Positions 28,719 to 38,851 of a DNA stretch of 64,000 nucleotides are shown here, piece after piece; the stretch's first letter is position 1, and the number at the start of each line of letters is the position of its first letter. The notes beneath the pieces were generated by a model. It did not search any database. It was not told the origin of the DNA and saw nothing but the letters and a program-made list of their open reading frames with translations. Made by a program: the position numbers and the translations under genes. This DNA comes from Ostreococcus lucimarinus (lineage: Eukaryota). Location: NCBI GenBank assembly GCA_000092065.1, contig CP000586.1; one strand, given 5' to 3'.

Positions 28719-31700
28719 CTATGCGTCGCTCACCTTGACCGGCAAAAGTCGCCCGACGACGAGCGAGCCGTCGCCGCATCGTTCAGACACAAACATGGAA
28801 TTTTCTGCGTCGCTCCCTTCGGGGGTTTCAAACTTCAAGAGATGATGCGTGCCCGCGAAGTCGGCCCAAAGCGCATTTGGTATCACGTTTCCATCGCTTG
28901 CCGTCACTAACGCCCATTTACCCTCGCCCCAAGGAGTCGCCAATTTCCCAGCCTCGAGGAACTTCATCCCCGGCGTGCCGGCCCAGGACCACTCGCGCTC
29001 TCGCTCGTTCGAAATTTTGGACGCGAGCTCGTGTGATTCAATCGCACTTTTCGTCGGCGCTGACGTCGGTACAGCACAGAGCGCGATCGACTCTTCGCCC
29101 GAGGTTTCAACTCCGGTACCCGCCGCCCACTTCATGAAAGGAACTCGTGACTTCTGTACCTCGCTCGACTCGCCGCTCTTCAGCGCTTCGTAATACGCGT
29201 ACGTATCTCGCATTCGTTCCACATCGCGAACGTGGTAGCTGAAATCAACCGTGATTGGCACATGTTTTGCCATAGCTTGGTCTTTGCGCATGAACAAGAA
29301 GACTGTCTTTGAATTGGCAAAACACAGATAATTGAGCGTTCGCCGGAGGATGCCGACGGCGACGACGTCGCCGTACGATGGGAAGAAGACCGCCGCGTTG
29401 AACACATCTTGCTCTTGCGCCACCGAAACGTCGCCCTTCATGGCGGTCAAACGAGTGGCCATTCGTTCTGCGAAAGCGATAGATTCTTGGGTCGGGGATA
29501 GTCTGAAAAATCCAGCATCTGAGCTCACCACTCGACCGCCGTGCAAGAATCGACTCCAATCCATGGTAGGATCGTCGACGACGTGGTCGTATCCGTACGC
29601 AGAAGCATCGTCCCAACCATCGCTCGCGGACTCCAAATCAGAATCTCTGTAAAAGAATTTCGAAGGGTCATCAAGCAAGACGACTCGCGGATCGACGAAG
29701 ACGACTCCGTGACCGTCTCGAAGAACGGCGTGAATGGCGTACCATTTGAGAGCAGCTTTCGAGAGCGGAGTCTTTTGCGACTTGCGGATCACAGTGGCGA
29801 GTCCGGCATCCCTCGCCGCTTTCGCGATGCTCTCATCATCTGTGACGACCATAGCTCGCTTTATCAATCTATTCTTCTCGATGCCGTGCTCTAGGAACAA
29901 TCCAAACACTTCGGAGTCTTTGGCGTCCGCGACGACGATCATGGCATCGCCGTGCTCATCGAAAGTCAACTTGCTAGAAAGCACATCGCAGATTTCCTTC
30001 ACAGTTTTCCTCAACTTTGAATCACTCCGGCACACACGCTCACTATCGCTGATGACGTGCAATTTTCGATCGAGTTTGTCCACTTTTCCATCCCACGCCG
30101 TCATAGGTTCGCACGTCTTTGCGCCCGCGCGCCCTTTCGTCCACGTCTTGCTTCCGATGAATCCATCATTAATGCTATGCAAGTGACCAGACTCCAGTTG
30201 AATAATAGACTTCAAGCCCTTATCGCAGCCAGTGATGCAGTCGAGCGACGACAACGGTGCGTCCTTGGTGTAATACGCGTGAACGAGCTTGATTTTGTTG
30301 TCCTTGTCCGTGTGATAGTTCGCGTGCATCGCCACCGGGCGATGATTCTCTCGCTGTAAAGGCTTCGAGTGACGAATGATTCGAAACATGACCTTGCTGT
30401 TCATGAAGCAAAACGGATCCATGACTCGCACTGTCGCCCCTGACGTCATGTGCGCGTCGCGACTCGCGAACCAGAGCTCAAGATTGTACCCGCTCTGGTC
30501 CCACAACTCTTCCGTTGCCAAGCGATGCGCCATGATTTTCATCAACCGCAAACTTGCTTCAGTGGCGCTCACGTACCACATGCCGCTATTGAGCGCGGCA
30601 ACGCGAAATGATCCAGCGCGCCGCCGAGCCTCACCGAACGAAACATCGTCGATAGGCTGTAAGAATCCATTGGCTGAATCATTATCGAAGCCATCACTCA
30701 TGCTTTCGATGTCGCTGTCGCGGTACAAGTAATCGAATGGGTTCTGCTGATACGTGACGTCTGTGTCGGTAAGCAGCACAGAACATCCTACGGCGACGAA
30801 CTCTTGAATCAAAGCAAACTTCTTCGCGCTCACTTTGTGATTACCCATCACGGGATCTTCGTGAAAGTAATAGGGCACGCCCAGCTCATCCAAACGCTTT
30901 GTCAGCGGCTCGTCGAGCGCGATGACGAGAAAGTTTGGAACTTTCAACGCGATGAGCATTTCCAAGAATGGCGTCAAACCAGGCGCTTGCGAGTTCGCCA
31001 CCGCGGCTAGTACTTCTCTGTTTTTCGCCACTCGTCGCAAAACTTCGCAAAGCGCCTCGCGTCCGTCGCAGTTCTGAGGCCACTCTTCAGAGTCGCGCGG
31101 AACGATGAAATCTAACGAGCGCGCGGAACCCCATATCCGTCTATTAATTCGCTTCGGTTCACACCTGTTCGGTCTTGAGTCATCCACGACGAACGCATCC
31201 GTTCTGCGCCCATTGATCGCTCGAAGCGCGAACGGTTCCATGAACGATGGCGCCGCCGCGACGTAGGAATCTTCGCTCGATGCGGCGGACGCGTTTGACG
31301 TTCGCTCTTCATTTCGTCGCTCGACGTGCGACGTGACCGTATCTGAAATGACCCGTGATGATGGCGATGGCGGTGGTGGCGACGGTAAAGGCGACGGCGG
31401 TGGCGGCGGTGGCGAGTTTTCCACCGGCGGTGGCGGCGGTGGCGGCGGTGGCGAGGTTTCCACCGGCGGGTCATCGTCCACGTGGACTTCGCGAAGTCGC
31501 GGCGATTCCTCCACCGCCGCGTTCGCCTCCTCCGCCGCTCGATCGCGTCTCTCGATAATCTCCTTCACCTCCGCGTCCACTCGAACATCCAACTCGCGTT
31601 TCACCATTTCGTCCCTCGTTCGTGCGTCGCTCGCCGCGCCCGCCATCGGTTCCCCCCTCAAAAGCGCCCCCCTCGTCGGATTCAATCGATACAAATCCAC

Positions 31701-31787
31701 CCGCAACAGCGCGACGAGCGCGCCCAACGCGATCCCTTGCGTCAACACCCGAACCGCGCGACCCCGTCGCGTCGTCCAAAACGCCAT
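28719..31787 (-). CDS. type II membrane glycosyltransferase with two nucleotide-diphospho-sugar transferase (GT77-like) domains and a Pro-rich (SPPPP/extensin-like) stem
   Basis: Signal anchor (MAFWTTRRGRAVRVLTQGIALGALVALL). Stem PPPPPPPPPVENSPPPPPPSPLPSPPPPSPSS. Two repeats resemble the PF03407/GT77 fold (..VLLTDTDVTYQQNPFDYLYRDSDIESMSDGFD.. and ..VVFVDPRVVLLDDPSKFFYRDSDLESASDGWD..). The ORF-track start is a GTG; the first ATG is at 31787. Confidence 0.65.
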   Translation of the reverse strand: MAFWTTRRGRAVRVLTQGIALGALVALLRVDLYRLNPTRGALLRGEPMAGAASDARTRDEMVKRELDVRVDAEVKEIIERRDRAAEEANAAVEESPRLREVHVDDDPPVETSPPPPPPPPPVENSPPPPPPSPLPSPPPPSPSSRVISDTVTSHVERRNEERTSNASAASSEDSYVAAAPSFMEPFALRAINGRRTDAFVVDDSRPNRCEPKRINRRIWGSARSLDFIVPRDSEEWPQNCDGREALCEVLRRVAKNREVLAAVANSQAPGLTPFLEMLIALKVPNFLVIALDEPLTKRLDELGVPYYFHEDPVMGNHKVSAKKFALIQEFVAVGCSVLLTDTDVTYQQNPFDYLYRDSDIESMSDGFDNDSANGFLQPIDDVSFGEARRRAGSFRVAALNSGMWYVSATEASLRLMKIMAHRLATEELWDQSGYNLELWFASRDAHMTSGATVRVMDPFCFMNSKVMFRIIRHSKPLQRENHRPVAMHANYHTDKDNKIKLVHAYYTKDAPLSSLDCITGCDKGLKSIIQLESGHLHSINDGFIGSKTWTKGRAGAKTCEPMTAWDGKVDKLDRKLHVISDSERVCRSDSKLRKTVKEICDVLSSKLTFDEHGDAMIVVADAKDSEVFGLFLEHGIEKNRLIKRAMVVTDDESIAKAARDAGLATVIRKSQKTPLSKAALKWYAIHAVLRDGHGVVFVDPRVVLLDDPSKFFYRDSDLESASDGWDDASAYGYDHVVDDPTMDWSRFLHGGRVVSSDAGFFRLSPTQESIAFAERMATRLTAMKGDVSVAQEQDVFNAAVFFPSYGDVVAVGILRRTLNYLCFANSKTVFLFMRKDQAMAKHVPITVDFSYHVRDVERMRDTYAYYEALKSGESSEVQKSRVPFMKWAAGTGVETSGEESIALCAVPTSAPTKSAIESHELASKISNEREREWSWAGTPGMKFLEAGKLATPWGEGKWALVTASDGNVIPNALWADFAGTHHLLKFETPEGSDAENSMFVSERCGDGSLVVGRLLPVKVSDA

Positions 31788-32070
31788 CTTCGAATCCCTC
31801 GCGCTCACTTTTTCGATCCCAGCTCTCGCGCGATCCTCGTCCCGAGTTCAAACGCCAAGTCCACCGCCGCGTCGCTCGCGCGCAGCGTCCCCGCGCACAG
31901 CGTTCGCGCCGTCTCGTCCCGTATCCTCTCCGTCCTCACCTCGATCACCCCGTGCTTCGCACCGATCGACACGCACACCGCCGTCGCACCCAGCGTGTAC
32001 AGCGTCGAGCTCAGCGCGCCGCGCATCAACCGCGATCGTTTCCTCGTTCGTTATCGTCGCGTCGACGCTG

Positions 32071-32090
32071 AATCGAATCGAATCGAATCG
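32071..32090. repeat. (AATCG)4 microsatellite
   Basis: aatcgaatcgaatcgaatcg in the divergent intergenic region. Confidence 0.9.
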
Positions 32091-32228
32091 AGCTTTTCGC
32101 GCGCGCTCGCGTCGCGCGCGCTCGCGTCGCGCCGTCGTCGCGCGCGTTCGCGACTCGAGTCGCGGTCGCGCGCGTCGGTCTCGCTCTTCGCGCGCGCGCG
32201 TCGCGGTGTCGCGCCACTGCTCGACGCG

Positions 32229-32981
32229 ATGCCGACGACGACGACGACGACGCGCGCGCGCGCGACGACGGCGCCGCGCGCGCGCGCGAAGACGATCGGC
32301 CGCGCGACGACGCGCGATGGGACGACGCGGTGCGGCGCGACGCGCGCGCGCGACGCGCGCGACGACGCGGTGTCGCGAAGACGCGCGCTGGCGCTCGCGT
32401 GCGGCGCGGTCGTCGCGCGGCCGATCGTCGCGCGCGACGACGCGGCGCGCGCGATGTTCAACGCGGACCTGGATAAACCCATCGAGGACGGGCCGCGCGC
32501 GATCGCGACGACGCTCGCGGCGAAGGCGGCGCTCGCGGACGTGCTGGCGCAGAACGACTTGTTTAGGGACACGTGCGAGGCGCCGGTGTTCGCGTGCGAT
32601 TTGAGCCAGTTGAACGTGAAGACGTCGAGCCGGGTGAGCGGACCGCTGCGACGGTCGTTGCCGACGCTGAGCGAGATGTACGGGGCGGACCCGTACGCGG
32701 TGGATTCGGTGCTGCAAAACGTTTCGACGCTCGAGGCAATTTTTAAAGCCAACAACGCGAGAGTGAAGGTGGATTTCAAGGGAGGGCCGGAGATGATTGG
32801 GTTGATTAATCAAGGGTTGGAGGAGTTGTATAACGATTTGCCCGCGGATGCGCTCGCGGCGGGACGGGCGGTTTTCGAGGCGTGCGATTTGGCGGTCGAC
32901 GCCACGGCGGAGGGAGATTTGGAGTGCCGCATCGCTCGCGCGGTGTCGCAGAACAAGCGTCCGAGCGGTGGGCAGTCTTAG
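32229..32981 (+). CDS. hypothetical chloroplast/thylakoid-lumen-type protein with twin-arginine-like signal
   Basis: MPTTTTTTRARATTAPRA.. transit-like region. Then RRRALALACGAVVARPIVA (RR motif + hydrophobic + AxA). Then a soluble domain of unknown family. Confidence 0.4.
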   Translation: MPTTTTTTRARATTAPRARAKTIGRATTRDGTTRCGATRARDARDDAVSRRRALALACGAVVARPIVARDDAARAMFNADLDKPIEDGPRAIATTLAAKAALADVLAQNDLFRDTCEAPVFACDLSQLNVKTSSRVSGPLRRSLPTLSEMYGADPYAVDSVLQNVSTLEAIFKANNARVKVDFKGGPEMIGLINQGLEELYNDLPADALAAGRAVFEACDLAVDATAEGDLECRIARAVSQNKRPSGGQS

Positions 32982-33087
32982 ATTTTTGGGGTAAGCAGCA
33001 TTCGTAGGCGTAGTGATGATGTTATTTTTGTTTAATATTTTGTTTTATTCGAATGCCTCAATCGACGAGCGCTCTTCAATCGACCCG

Positions 33088-34587
33088 CTACGCGACGGTA
33101 TAACTCGGCTTTGACAAATTGATGACCGTCGACTTGACCTTTGTCATGACGTTGATGCTATTGGTGATGCCTTGACTGCCGATGCCGGAGTCCTTAACGC
33201 CCTGAAACGGAAAATGGTCGGGCCCGCGCGCCGGCGGACCGTTGATTTGCACCGTGCCCGTTTCCATGGCGTCAGCCATCTGAATGGCGCGGTCGATGTC
33301 CTTTGTGAAGACGCATCCTTGCAAACCGAATCTCGACTTGTTTACGAGTTCGAGTGCTTCGGCGTCAGATTTGACGCGCACAACGGGGAGCACGGGACCG
33401 AACGGTTCTTCCCAGCAAATTTTCATATCGTGCGTGACGTTGTCGATCAAAAGAGGCCAGATCAAGTTGTCCTCTCGCCGCCACTCTTGGCAAAGCCTCG
33501 CGCCTTTGCTCTCTGCGTCGACGACCAAGGATTGAATGAAATCGGCTGAGCTCTTTGACACGACCGCAGTGATCGTGGCGTCGTCTTCTGGTTGACCAAC
33601 AGTCATCTTTGCGATTTGTGCGTTCACCTTGCTAAGCAATTCATCGGCTACTTCTTCGAACACGGCGACGAGTTTCACCGCCGTACATCGTTGGCCGCTG
33701 TACGAGAAACCACCCTTCACGATGCTCTTCGCCGCTAAGTCCAAGTCGGCGTCGGGTAAGACGATGCAAGCGTCTTTACCGCCTAGTTCCGTTTGCAAAG
33801 CCACCATGCCCGCCTTTTGGGCGACGCGGATCCCAGTCTCGCCGCCCGTGAACGAAATCGCGTTGACTTCGGGATGCGTCGTGAGGTAGTCGCCGATTTC
33901 CCCGCCTCTTCCAGTCACCGCCTGGACGGTCCCGGCGGGAAATCCAGCCTTGAGGAAGCACTGAATCATGTGCAAAGTCGCCGTGCACCCTTGCGTCGGT
34001 GGCTTCACCACCACCGTGTTCCCCGCGATGAGCGCCGGCGCGATCTTTGAAACGCACAGGTTCACGGGGTAGTTGAAGGGCGGTATGCACAGGATGATCC
34101 CCACCGGAACCTTGCTCGCCATGCACAGCTTAGTGCGGTCGTTCCCCGGAAAACTATCGCTCATCAAAAGTTTCCCCTCCCCGAGCAATCTCACCCCCTC
34201 CTCGGCCGTGTAGTCGATTAAGTCAGCCGAGCGTTCTACCTCCACGCGCGCGTCCTTCGCCCCCTTCGCGACTTCCAAAACCAACGCCTCCGCCATCTCT
34301 CCCGCGTTCTCTCGCATCAGCGTCGCCGCTCGATGCAACAGCGCCGCTCTCGCGTGCAACGGCGTCCTCTGCCACGTCCTCTGCGCCTCTCGCGCCTTCG
34401 CGAACACCTCGTCCACCTCGCTCGTCGTGCACGCCTGAAACCGATTCGCCGGCGCGTTCGCCTTGCTCGGATTCAGCGCCTCGCACGTCGATCCCGACGC
34501 CGACGTCCGCCACGTCCCATCGACGCTGTATCGCATCGCCCGCGTCGTCGCGTCCCGCACGTCGTCGTAGAAGCGCGCCGTCGACAT
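33088..34587 (-). CDS. GAPN: NADP-dependent non-phosphorylating glyceraldehyde-3-phosphate dehydrogenase (ALDH11)
   Basis: Colinear, highly similar to plant GAPN (IPPFNYPVNL..VSKIAPALIAGN..KPPTQG..ELGGKDACIV..GGFSYSGQRCTAVK..EEPFGPVLPV..GTVQIN..PARGPDHFPFQG). The start is ATG 34587 (MSTARFYDD). An in-frame upstream ATG at approx. 34874 would add an approx. 95-aa R/T/S/A-rich extension. Confidence 0.9.
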   Translation of the reverse strand: MSTARFYDDVRDATTRAMRYSVDGTWRTSASGSTCEALNPSKANAPANRFQACTTSEVDEVFAKAREAQRTWQRTPLHARAALLHRAATLMRENAGEMAEALVLEVAKGAKDARVEVERSADLIDYTAEEGVRLLGEGKLLMSDSFPGNDRTKLCMASKVPVGIILCIPPFNYPVNLCVSKIAPALIAGNTVVVKPPTQGCTATLHMIQCFLKAGFPAGTVQAVTGRGGEIGDYLTTHPEVNAISFTGGETGIRVAQKAGMVALQTELGGKDACIVLPDADLDLAAKSIVKGGFSYSGQRCTAVKLVAVFEEVADELLSKVNAQIAKMTVGQPEDDATITAVVSKSSADFIQSLVVDAESKGARLCQEWRREDNLIWPLLIDNVTHDMKICWEEPFGPVLPVVRVKSDAEALELVNKSRFGLQGCVFTKDIDRAIQMADAMETGTVQINGPPARGPDHFPFQGVKDSGIGSQGITNSINVMTKVKSTVINLSKPSYTVA

Positions 34588-35059
34588 CCTCCTCGCGCGT
34601 CCCTCGTCCGGCGGCGCGCTCGCGACGACGCCCCGCGCGTCGCGCGTCGCGAGCGTCGCCGAGCGCGCGCGCGCGAGCGTTCGTGCGATGCGCGCGCGCG
34701 TCGACGCCGTCGTCGCCGTCGTCGTTCGCGCGTCGGCGCGCCGTTCGCGTCGACGTTTGACGATCGAGAGGGGCCTCGCGACGAAAAAGCGCGCGGGACG
34801 AAAACCGTAACTCTGACCGAGACGCGTCTCGTGCGGCAAGGTCAAGGAATCTTTCGAATGTCGTACGTACGTCATGCAGTCTTTGGCTTGCGAGCCTTTT
34901 TTGGTCTTATTTACTCGCGATCGACGCGATGGACGCGACGGCGCGACGCGACGGTAACAACGAGCGCGCGATGAAAAAACGGCTGGAGAAACGCACGATT
35001 CGTGGAAACGCGAAACGACGCGCGGGAGAGCGCGGCGGCGCGGGAGAGCGAGATCGACG

Positions 35060-36445
35060 ATGAAGACGGTGGCGAGAAAAACGTCGGTGTGGTCGAACGC
35101 GCTCGCGGCGAGCGCGACGGTCGCGGACGCGACGACGGCGAGGGACGACGCGCGCGCGAAGGGTGCGAGTTTTGAGGCCCGAGGGGAGGACGAGGAGGCG
35201 CGCGTGCGACGGGCGGCGAGCGAATTGCGGGTGAAGTTGCTCGATGAGATCGTCAGAGGGGCGGCGAAGCGCGAGCCGAGCGATGAAGACGGGGTGAGGG
35301 GGTCGGAGGATGCGGACGCGCGACGAGCGAGACGCGCGGGGCGAGACGCGTTTCTCGCGGCGACGGCGAAGGATGGAGACGAAGACGAGGACGCGATCGC
35401 GCGGATGCGCGCGGCGGTGAATTTCGTCATGGGATTTTGCGCGGAGATTTTGCAACCGAGCGATGACGGCGGTTCGCCGGCGGTGATGCCGCCGCTCGGG
35501 ACGCACGTCATTCTACGCGCCGACGTCGAGGCTGAAGGCGAGCGAAGCGTGTACTTTCAAGAGCAATGTTCTTACGATTTCGACGAAATACGCACCGCGG
35601 ATCACTTCATCGACTATGAACGACAGTTTGTTCACGCGAGCGCCAAGGTTCAAACCGCGCCGCGGGTGTCAACATCCGGGTCTGTGATCGACGTCCACTT
35701 CGATTTGCCGAAGCCGAGCGACAGTTCGACCACGAACAATATTCGAGAAGGGAACTTTGTCGAAGTGCGCGGATGCTCTGGCCACCCGGATTACTTGGGA
35801 CGGCGAGGCGAATGCAACAACAGTGGGGAAGTGTTTGAGTTCAATTTACCGTCGCTTCGCATCTCTGGTCTCGGTCGAGCGTACCCCGTCGCCGAAATCG
35901 TAGGCGAAGTGACTGTTCGAGGTTGTACGTCGGGATTGAAAACGTCGCTAAAGTTTCGACCGTTCGACGTGGAAACGTCGCCGTCGTTTCGAAACATCGT
36001 CAGCGGAACCATGGTTCGAAATAACACCGAGGTCAAACGATTGATTCTCGGCACTTGGGACACGCGGGTGTTGCTCGGCTGCATTTGCGAGGATCGTGAC
36101 TCGCTCGACGACGTCTTGCACGCCGCGAGAGATTTCAAAGTCCCTCCGTTGACGACGGCGACGGGAGTCCGAAGTTTACTCCAAGCTCTCGAATCACCCG
36201 GAAGTATGTCCAACAAAAGACTATGGCAAACCATCGTGGAGGCGCTGCGCGTGGCGAATTTACACGAGCCTGAACGCTCCGTCGTGCAAGAAGTGCTCGG
36301 CGAACCGGCGACGGCGACGCGCGAGAAAATTGAAGAGGGCTCGACGATGGCTTATGAGCTCGCGGTCATAGTGGCGAACTCGCCTCCGCCGGATGCACCG
36401 CCGCCTTTACCCAGATACTGGTCTCCGCGAACGAAAAAGAATTAA
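35060..36445 (+). CDS. hypothetical protein
   Basis: Long ORF with non-biased internal composition (EGNFVEVRGCSGHPDYLGRRGECNNSGEVFEFNLPSL..). No confident family. Confidence 0.35.
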   Translation: MKTVARKTSVWSNALAASATVADATTARDDARAKGASFEARGEDEEARVRRAASELRVKLLDEIVRGAAKREPSDEDGVRGSEDADARRARRAGRDAFLAATAKDGDEDEDAIARMRAAVNFVMGFCAEILQPSDDGGSPAVMPPLGTHVILRADVEAEGERSVYFQEQCSYDFDEIRTADHFIDYERQFVHASAKVQTAPRVSTSGSVIDVHFDLPKPSDSSTTNNIREGNFVEVRGCSGHPDYLGRRGECNNSGEVFEFNLPSLRISGLGRAYPVAEIVGEVTVRGCTSGLKTSLKFRPFDVETSPSFRNIVSGTMVRNNTEVKRLILGTWDTRVLLGCICEDRDSLDDVLHAARDFKVPPLTTATGVRSLLQALESPGSMSNKRLWQTIVEALRVANLHEPERSVVQEVLGEPATATREKIEEGSTMAYELAVIVANSPPPDAPPPLPRYWSPRTKKN

Positions 36446-36447
36446 AA

Positions 36448-37359
36448 TTACACGTAGCGCCGAAGATTGCAAGCAAACCTTCCCTCTTTTCTCGCGGGTT
36501 GGATATCCACCACCTCCAAGCGACCTTTCCCGCGACACGAAACGACGTCTCCAGCGCTCAGATCGTACCGTCCCTTCTTCACCTCCTTCCAATTCACCTT
36601 GACGTCTCCAGATTCTACGTGCGCGACGAATTTCGATCTCGACATCCTAAATCCCGCGCTCCCGAGAGCGTCCAATCTCGTGCTAGACTCGGAGGAGAAA
36701 ATGTCCTCCACCTTTGGTTCGGGAACTTTTAACTCCGACGCGTCCACCTCGCGGGCTTCTACCTTCACCGTTCGCACCGAAGTCAACGCCGTGCTTAAAA
36801 ACTCAGCCATCTCGGGCGACACCATCACGTCGGCGCCCCGCTCTCCGGTGACGACGATGTCTCCGACTTTTTCTCGTTTAATGCCAGTTCCCAGAATTGC
36901 GCCTAAAAAATCTCTATGCGTCGCGGCGTCGAACATAAAATTCCCCTGCACCCTCAACACGCGCACGGTGTCGCGAATCTCCTCCTCATCGACGCTGTCC
37001 GCGCGCGCGATCGTCGCGCGTCGTCGCTCCGCGGACGCAAAGCCGCCCCACGCTCGAACTTCCACTTCGTCCCCACACACCGCGCGCACCGCGTTCTCCA
37101 CCGAATGCAGCGCGCCTGGGTCGAGAAACTCGATCGTCTCCACCGTCCATCGATCTCGCACGCGCTCGGCGCGCTCGACGGCGCGTTTGACGACGTCTCG
37201 GTGCTCGGGCTCGGCGTGACGCAAGATGACTTCGACGTCGAGCGGCGCCGCGCTCGGCGTCGAGATGCGCCGCGCGCGCGCGCGCGAAGTCGGCTGCGAC
37301 GTTCCCGCGCGAACGAGCGCGCGCGCGAGCGGGGCGTGGCGCGCGACGACGCCGCGCAT
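36448..37359 (-). CDS. S4 RNA-binding-domain protein (YlmH-like, probably organellar)
   Basis: C-terminal S4-like domain (FRMSRSKFVAHVESGDVKVNWKEVKKGRYDLSAGDVVSCRGKGRLEV). The ORF-track start is a GTG; the first ATG is at 37359, 67 nt downstream of the upstream gene's stop. Confidence 0.55.
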   Translation of the reverse strand: MRGVVARHAPLARALVRAGTSQPTSRARARRISTPSAAPLDVEVILRHAEPEHRDVVKRAVERAERVRDRWTVETIEFLDPGALHSVENAVRAVCGDEVEVRAWGGFASAERRRATIARADSVDEEEIRDTVRVLRVQGNFMFDAATHRDFLGAILGTGIKREKVGDIVVTGERGADVMVSPEMAEFLSTALTSVRTVKVEAREVDASELKVPEPKVEDIFSSESSTRLDALGSAGFRMSRSKFVAHVESGDVKVNWKEVKKGRYDLSAGDVVSCRGKGRLEVVDIQPARKEGRFACNLRRYV

Positions 37360-37426
37360 CTCGAAGTGAGGACGGACCGCGACGACGCCGGGACAACGCG
37401 CGATGATTACATTAAATAGTGATCGC

Positions 37427-38788
37427 TCACGACACGTTCGGGGCGGTGTTGAGACGAACGACGCAATCGTATACCTCAGCACCGAGACGCCGAGCGTTGA
37501 TCTCGCTCTTGACCATGGCTAAAGAGAGGACGTCCACGCCCGGTGACATGTACGAGGCGGCGTTCCAGTTGGATTCGAGCGAACGACCCATGCCGTCGAG
37601 GACGACGAGCCAATCGTTTTCGCGCACGCTGGCGCCGTTGACGTACGAAGCGAGATCTTGGGAGACCCTGGAAAAGTCGAGCAGGGTGGAAGTGGCGCCG
37701 GAGGGTAAGCATTGGACTCGGCCCTCGTCGACGAGCGCGCGCAGGGTGTCGTCGGATTTGACGCACGAGGACACGAACCGGCGCAATTCGTCAAACGTGA
37801 TGTCGTTCAACGCCGCGGTGGTGTTCGCCACGAGCGCGACGTGGGTGTCGGCGTTCAAGGATGCGAGGTAACGCGCCAAGAGAACCATGCCCATGGTGTC
37901 GGCGCCCGCGTTATCGCAGAAAATCAACACGCGCTTCCACGGCGCGCCGCTTCGCAAGCGCGCGTCGATTTCTTCAAAACTATCAAATTTCCACCCACTC
38001 TCCGGTCGTAACACCTTCTCCTGTGCCTTGGCAAACGTCGCAAACAGTTGGCTGGCGTCCAAGTTGAATCGTTTCTGCTCGTCCTCGGGGTAGTCGCACA
38101 CCGCCTGCTCGGTGTCGCAAAACGCCACGTTTTGCACCGCCGCCGCCGCGCCGGCGTCGAATAGATTACCCGCCAGCGCCGCTTCGATCACCAAACGCAA
38201 CCGCCCTCGCGCATCGCTCACACCATCCACCGCTCGACACATCTCCGGATACAACGCCAAACAAATCTCGTTCTCGTTCGCCTTCAACCCCATAAACATA
38301 TCCTCGAGCCCGCACGATCGAAGCAGGCGCTCCTTCTCCTCCACCATATCCATCAGCGTGTCCCCGACCCCTCGCGCGCTCGCCACGCCCTCGTCCCGCT
38401 CGATCGCGGATAATAAATATTTTTCGTACGCCCTCTCGAACGCCTCGTACTTTTCGATGTAGGACGCGTCTTCGTTCAGGTGCGCGCGCGTTCGCTCCGC
38501 GTTCGCCACGTGACTCGGAAACTGTCCGAGCAGCAGCGCCACCCACGCCTCGCGCGCGTCTCGCGAGCGCTCGCACGCGTCGCACACGCCCGGCGAGACG
38601 TGTGAGTACGCTTTATCGGCGCTCAGCAGCGGCAGCGGGGTCGTGCGCGCGTCGGTCGCGAGCGCTCGGGACTTTATCCAGCGAGCTCGGGACGGCGAAC
38701 TCGACGTCGACGACGCGCGGTGCGTCGCGCGTTCGCGTCCGTCGCGCGCGAGAGCGAGCGCGGAGGATTGGTTCGCGAGCGCGCGCAT
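37427..38788 (-). CDS. DUF89 family protein (ARMT1-like damage-control phosphatase fold)
   Basis: DUF89-like core (KRVLIFCDNAGADTMGMVLLARYL..HVALVAN..). ATG at 38788. Confidence 0.55.
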   Translation of the reverse strand: MRALANQSSALALARDGRERATHRASSTSSSPSRARWIKSRALATDARTTPLPLLSADKAYSHVSPGVCDACERSRDAREAWVALLLGQFPSHVANAERTRAHLNEDASYIEKYEAFERAYEKYLLSAIERDEGVASARGVGDTLMDMVEEKERLLRSCGLEDMFMGLKANENEICLALYPEMCRAVDGVSDARGRLRLVIEAALAGNLFDAGAAAAVQNVAFCDTEQAVCDYPEDEQKRFNLDASQLFATFAKAQEKVLRPESGWKFDSFEEIDARLRSGAPWKRVLIFCDNAGADTMGMVLLARYLASLNADTHVALVANTTAALNDITFDELRRFVSSCVKSDDTLRALVDEGRVQCLPSGATSTLLDFSRVSQDLASYVNGASVRENDWLVVLDGMGRSLESNWNAASYMSPGVDVLSLAMVKSEINARRLGAEVYDCVVRLNTAPNVS

Positions 38789-38851
38789 GGTGACTCGCGA
38801 GGACGCGCGCGCGTGTGAGGCGAAGTCGGCGAGCGGGACGGCTTGGTGCTG

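Noticed and set aside
31333-32813. ORFs 31333..32604 (+), 31848..32813 (-), 32051..32779 (-)
   Set aside because: They lie in the GC-rich divergent spacer and overlap the better-supported lumenal-protein frame. Repetitive R/S/A composition.
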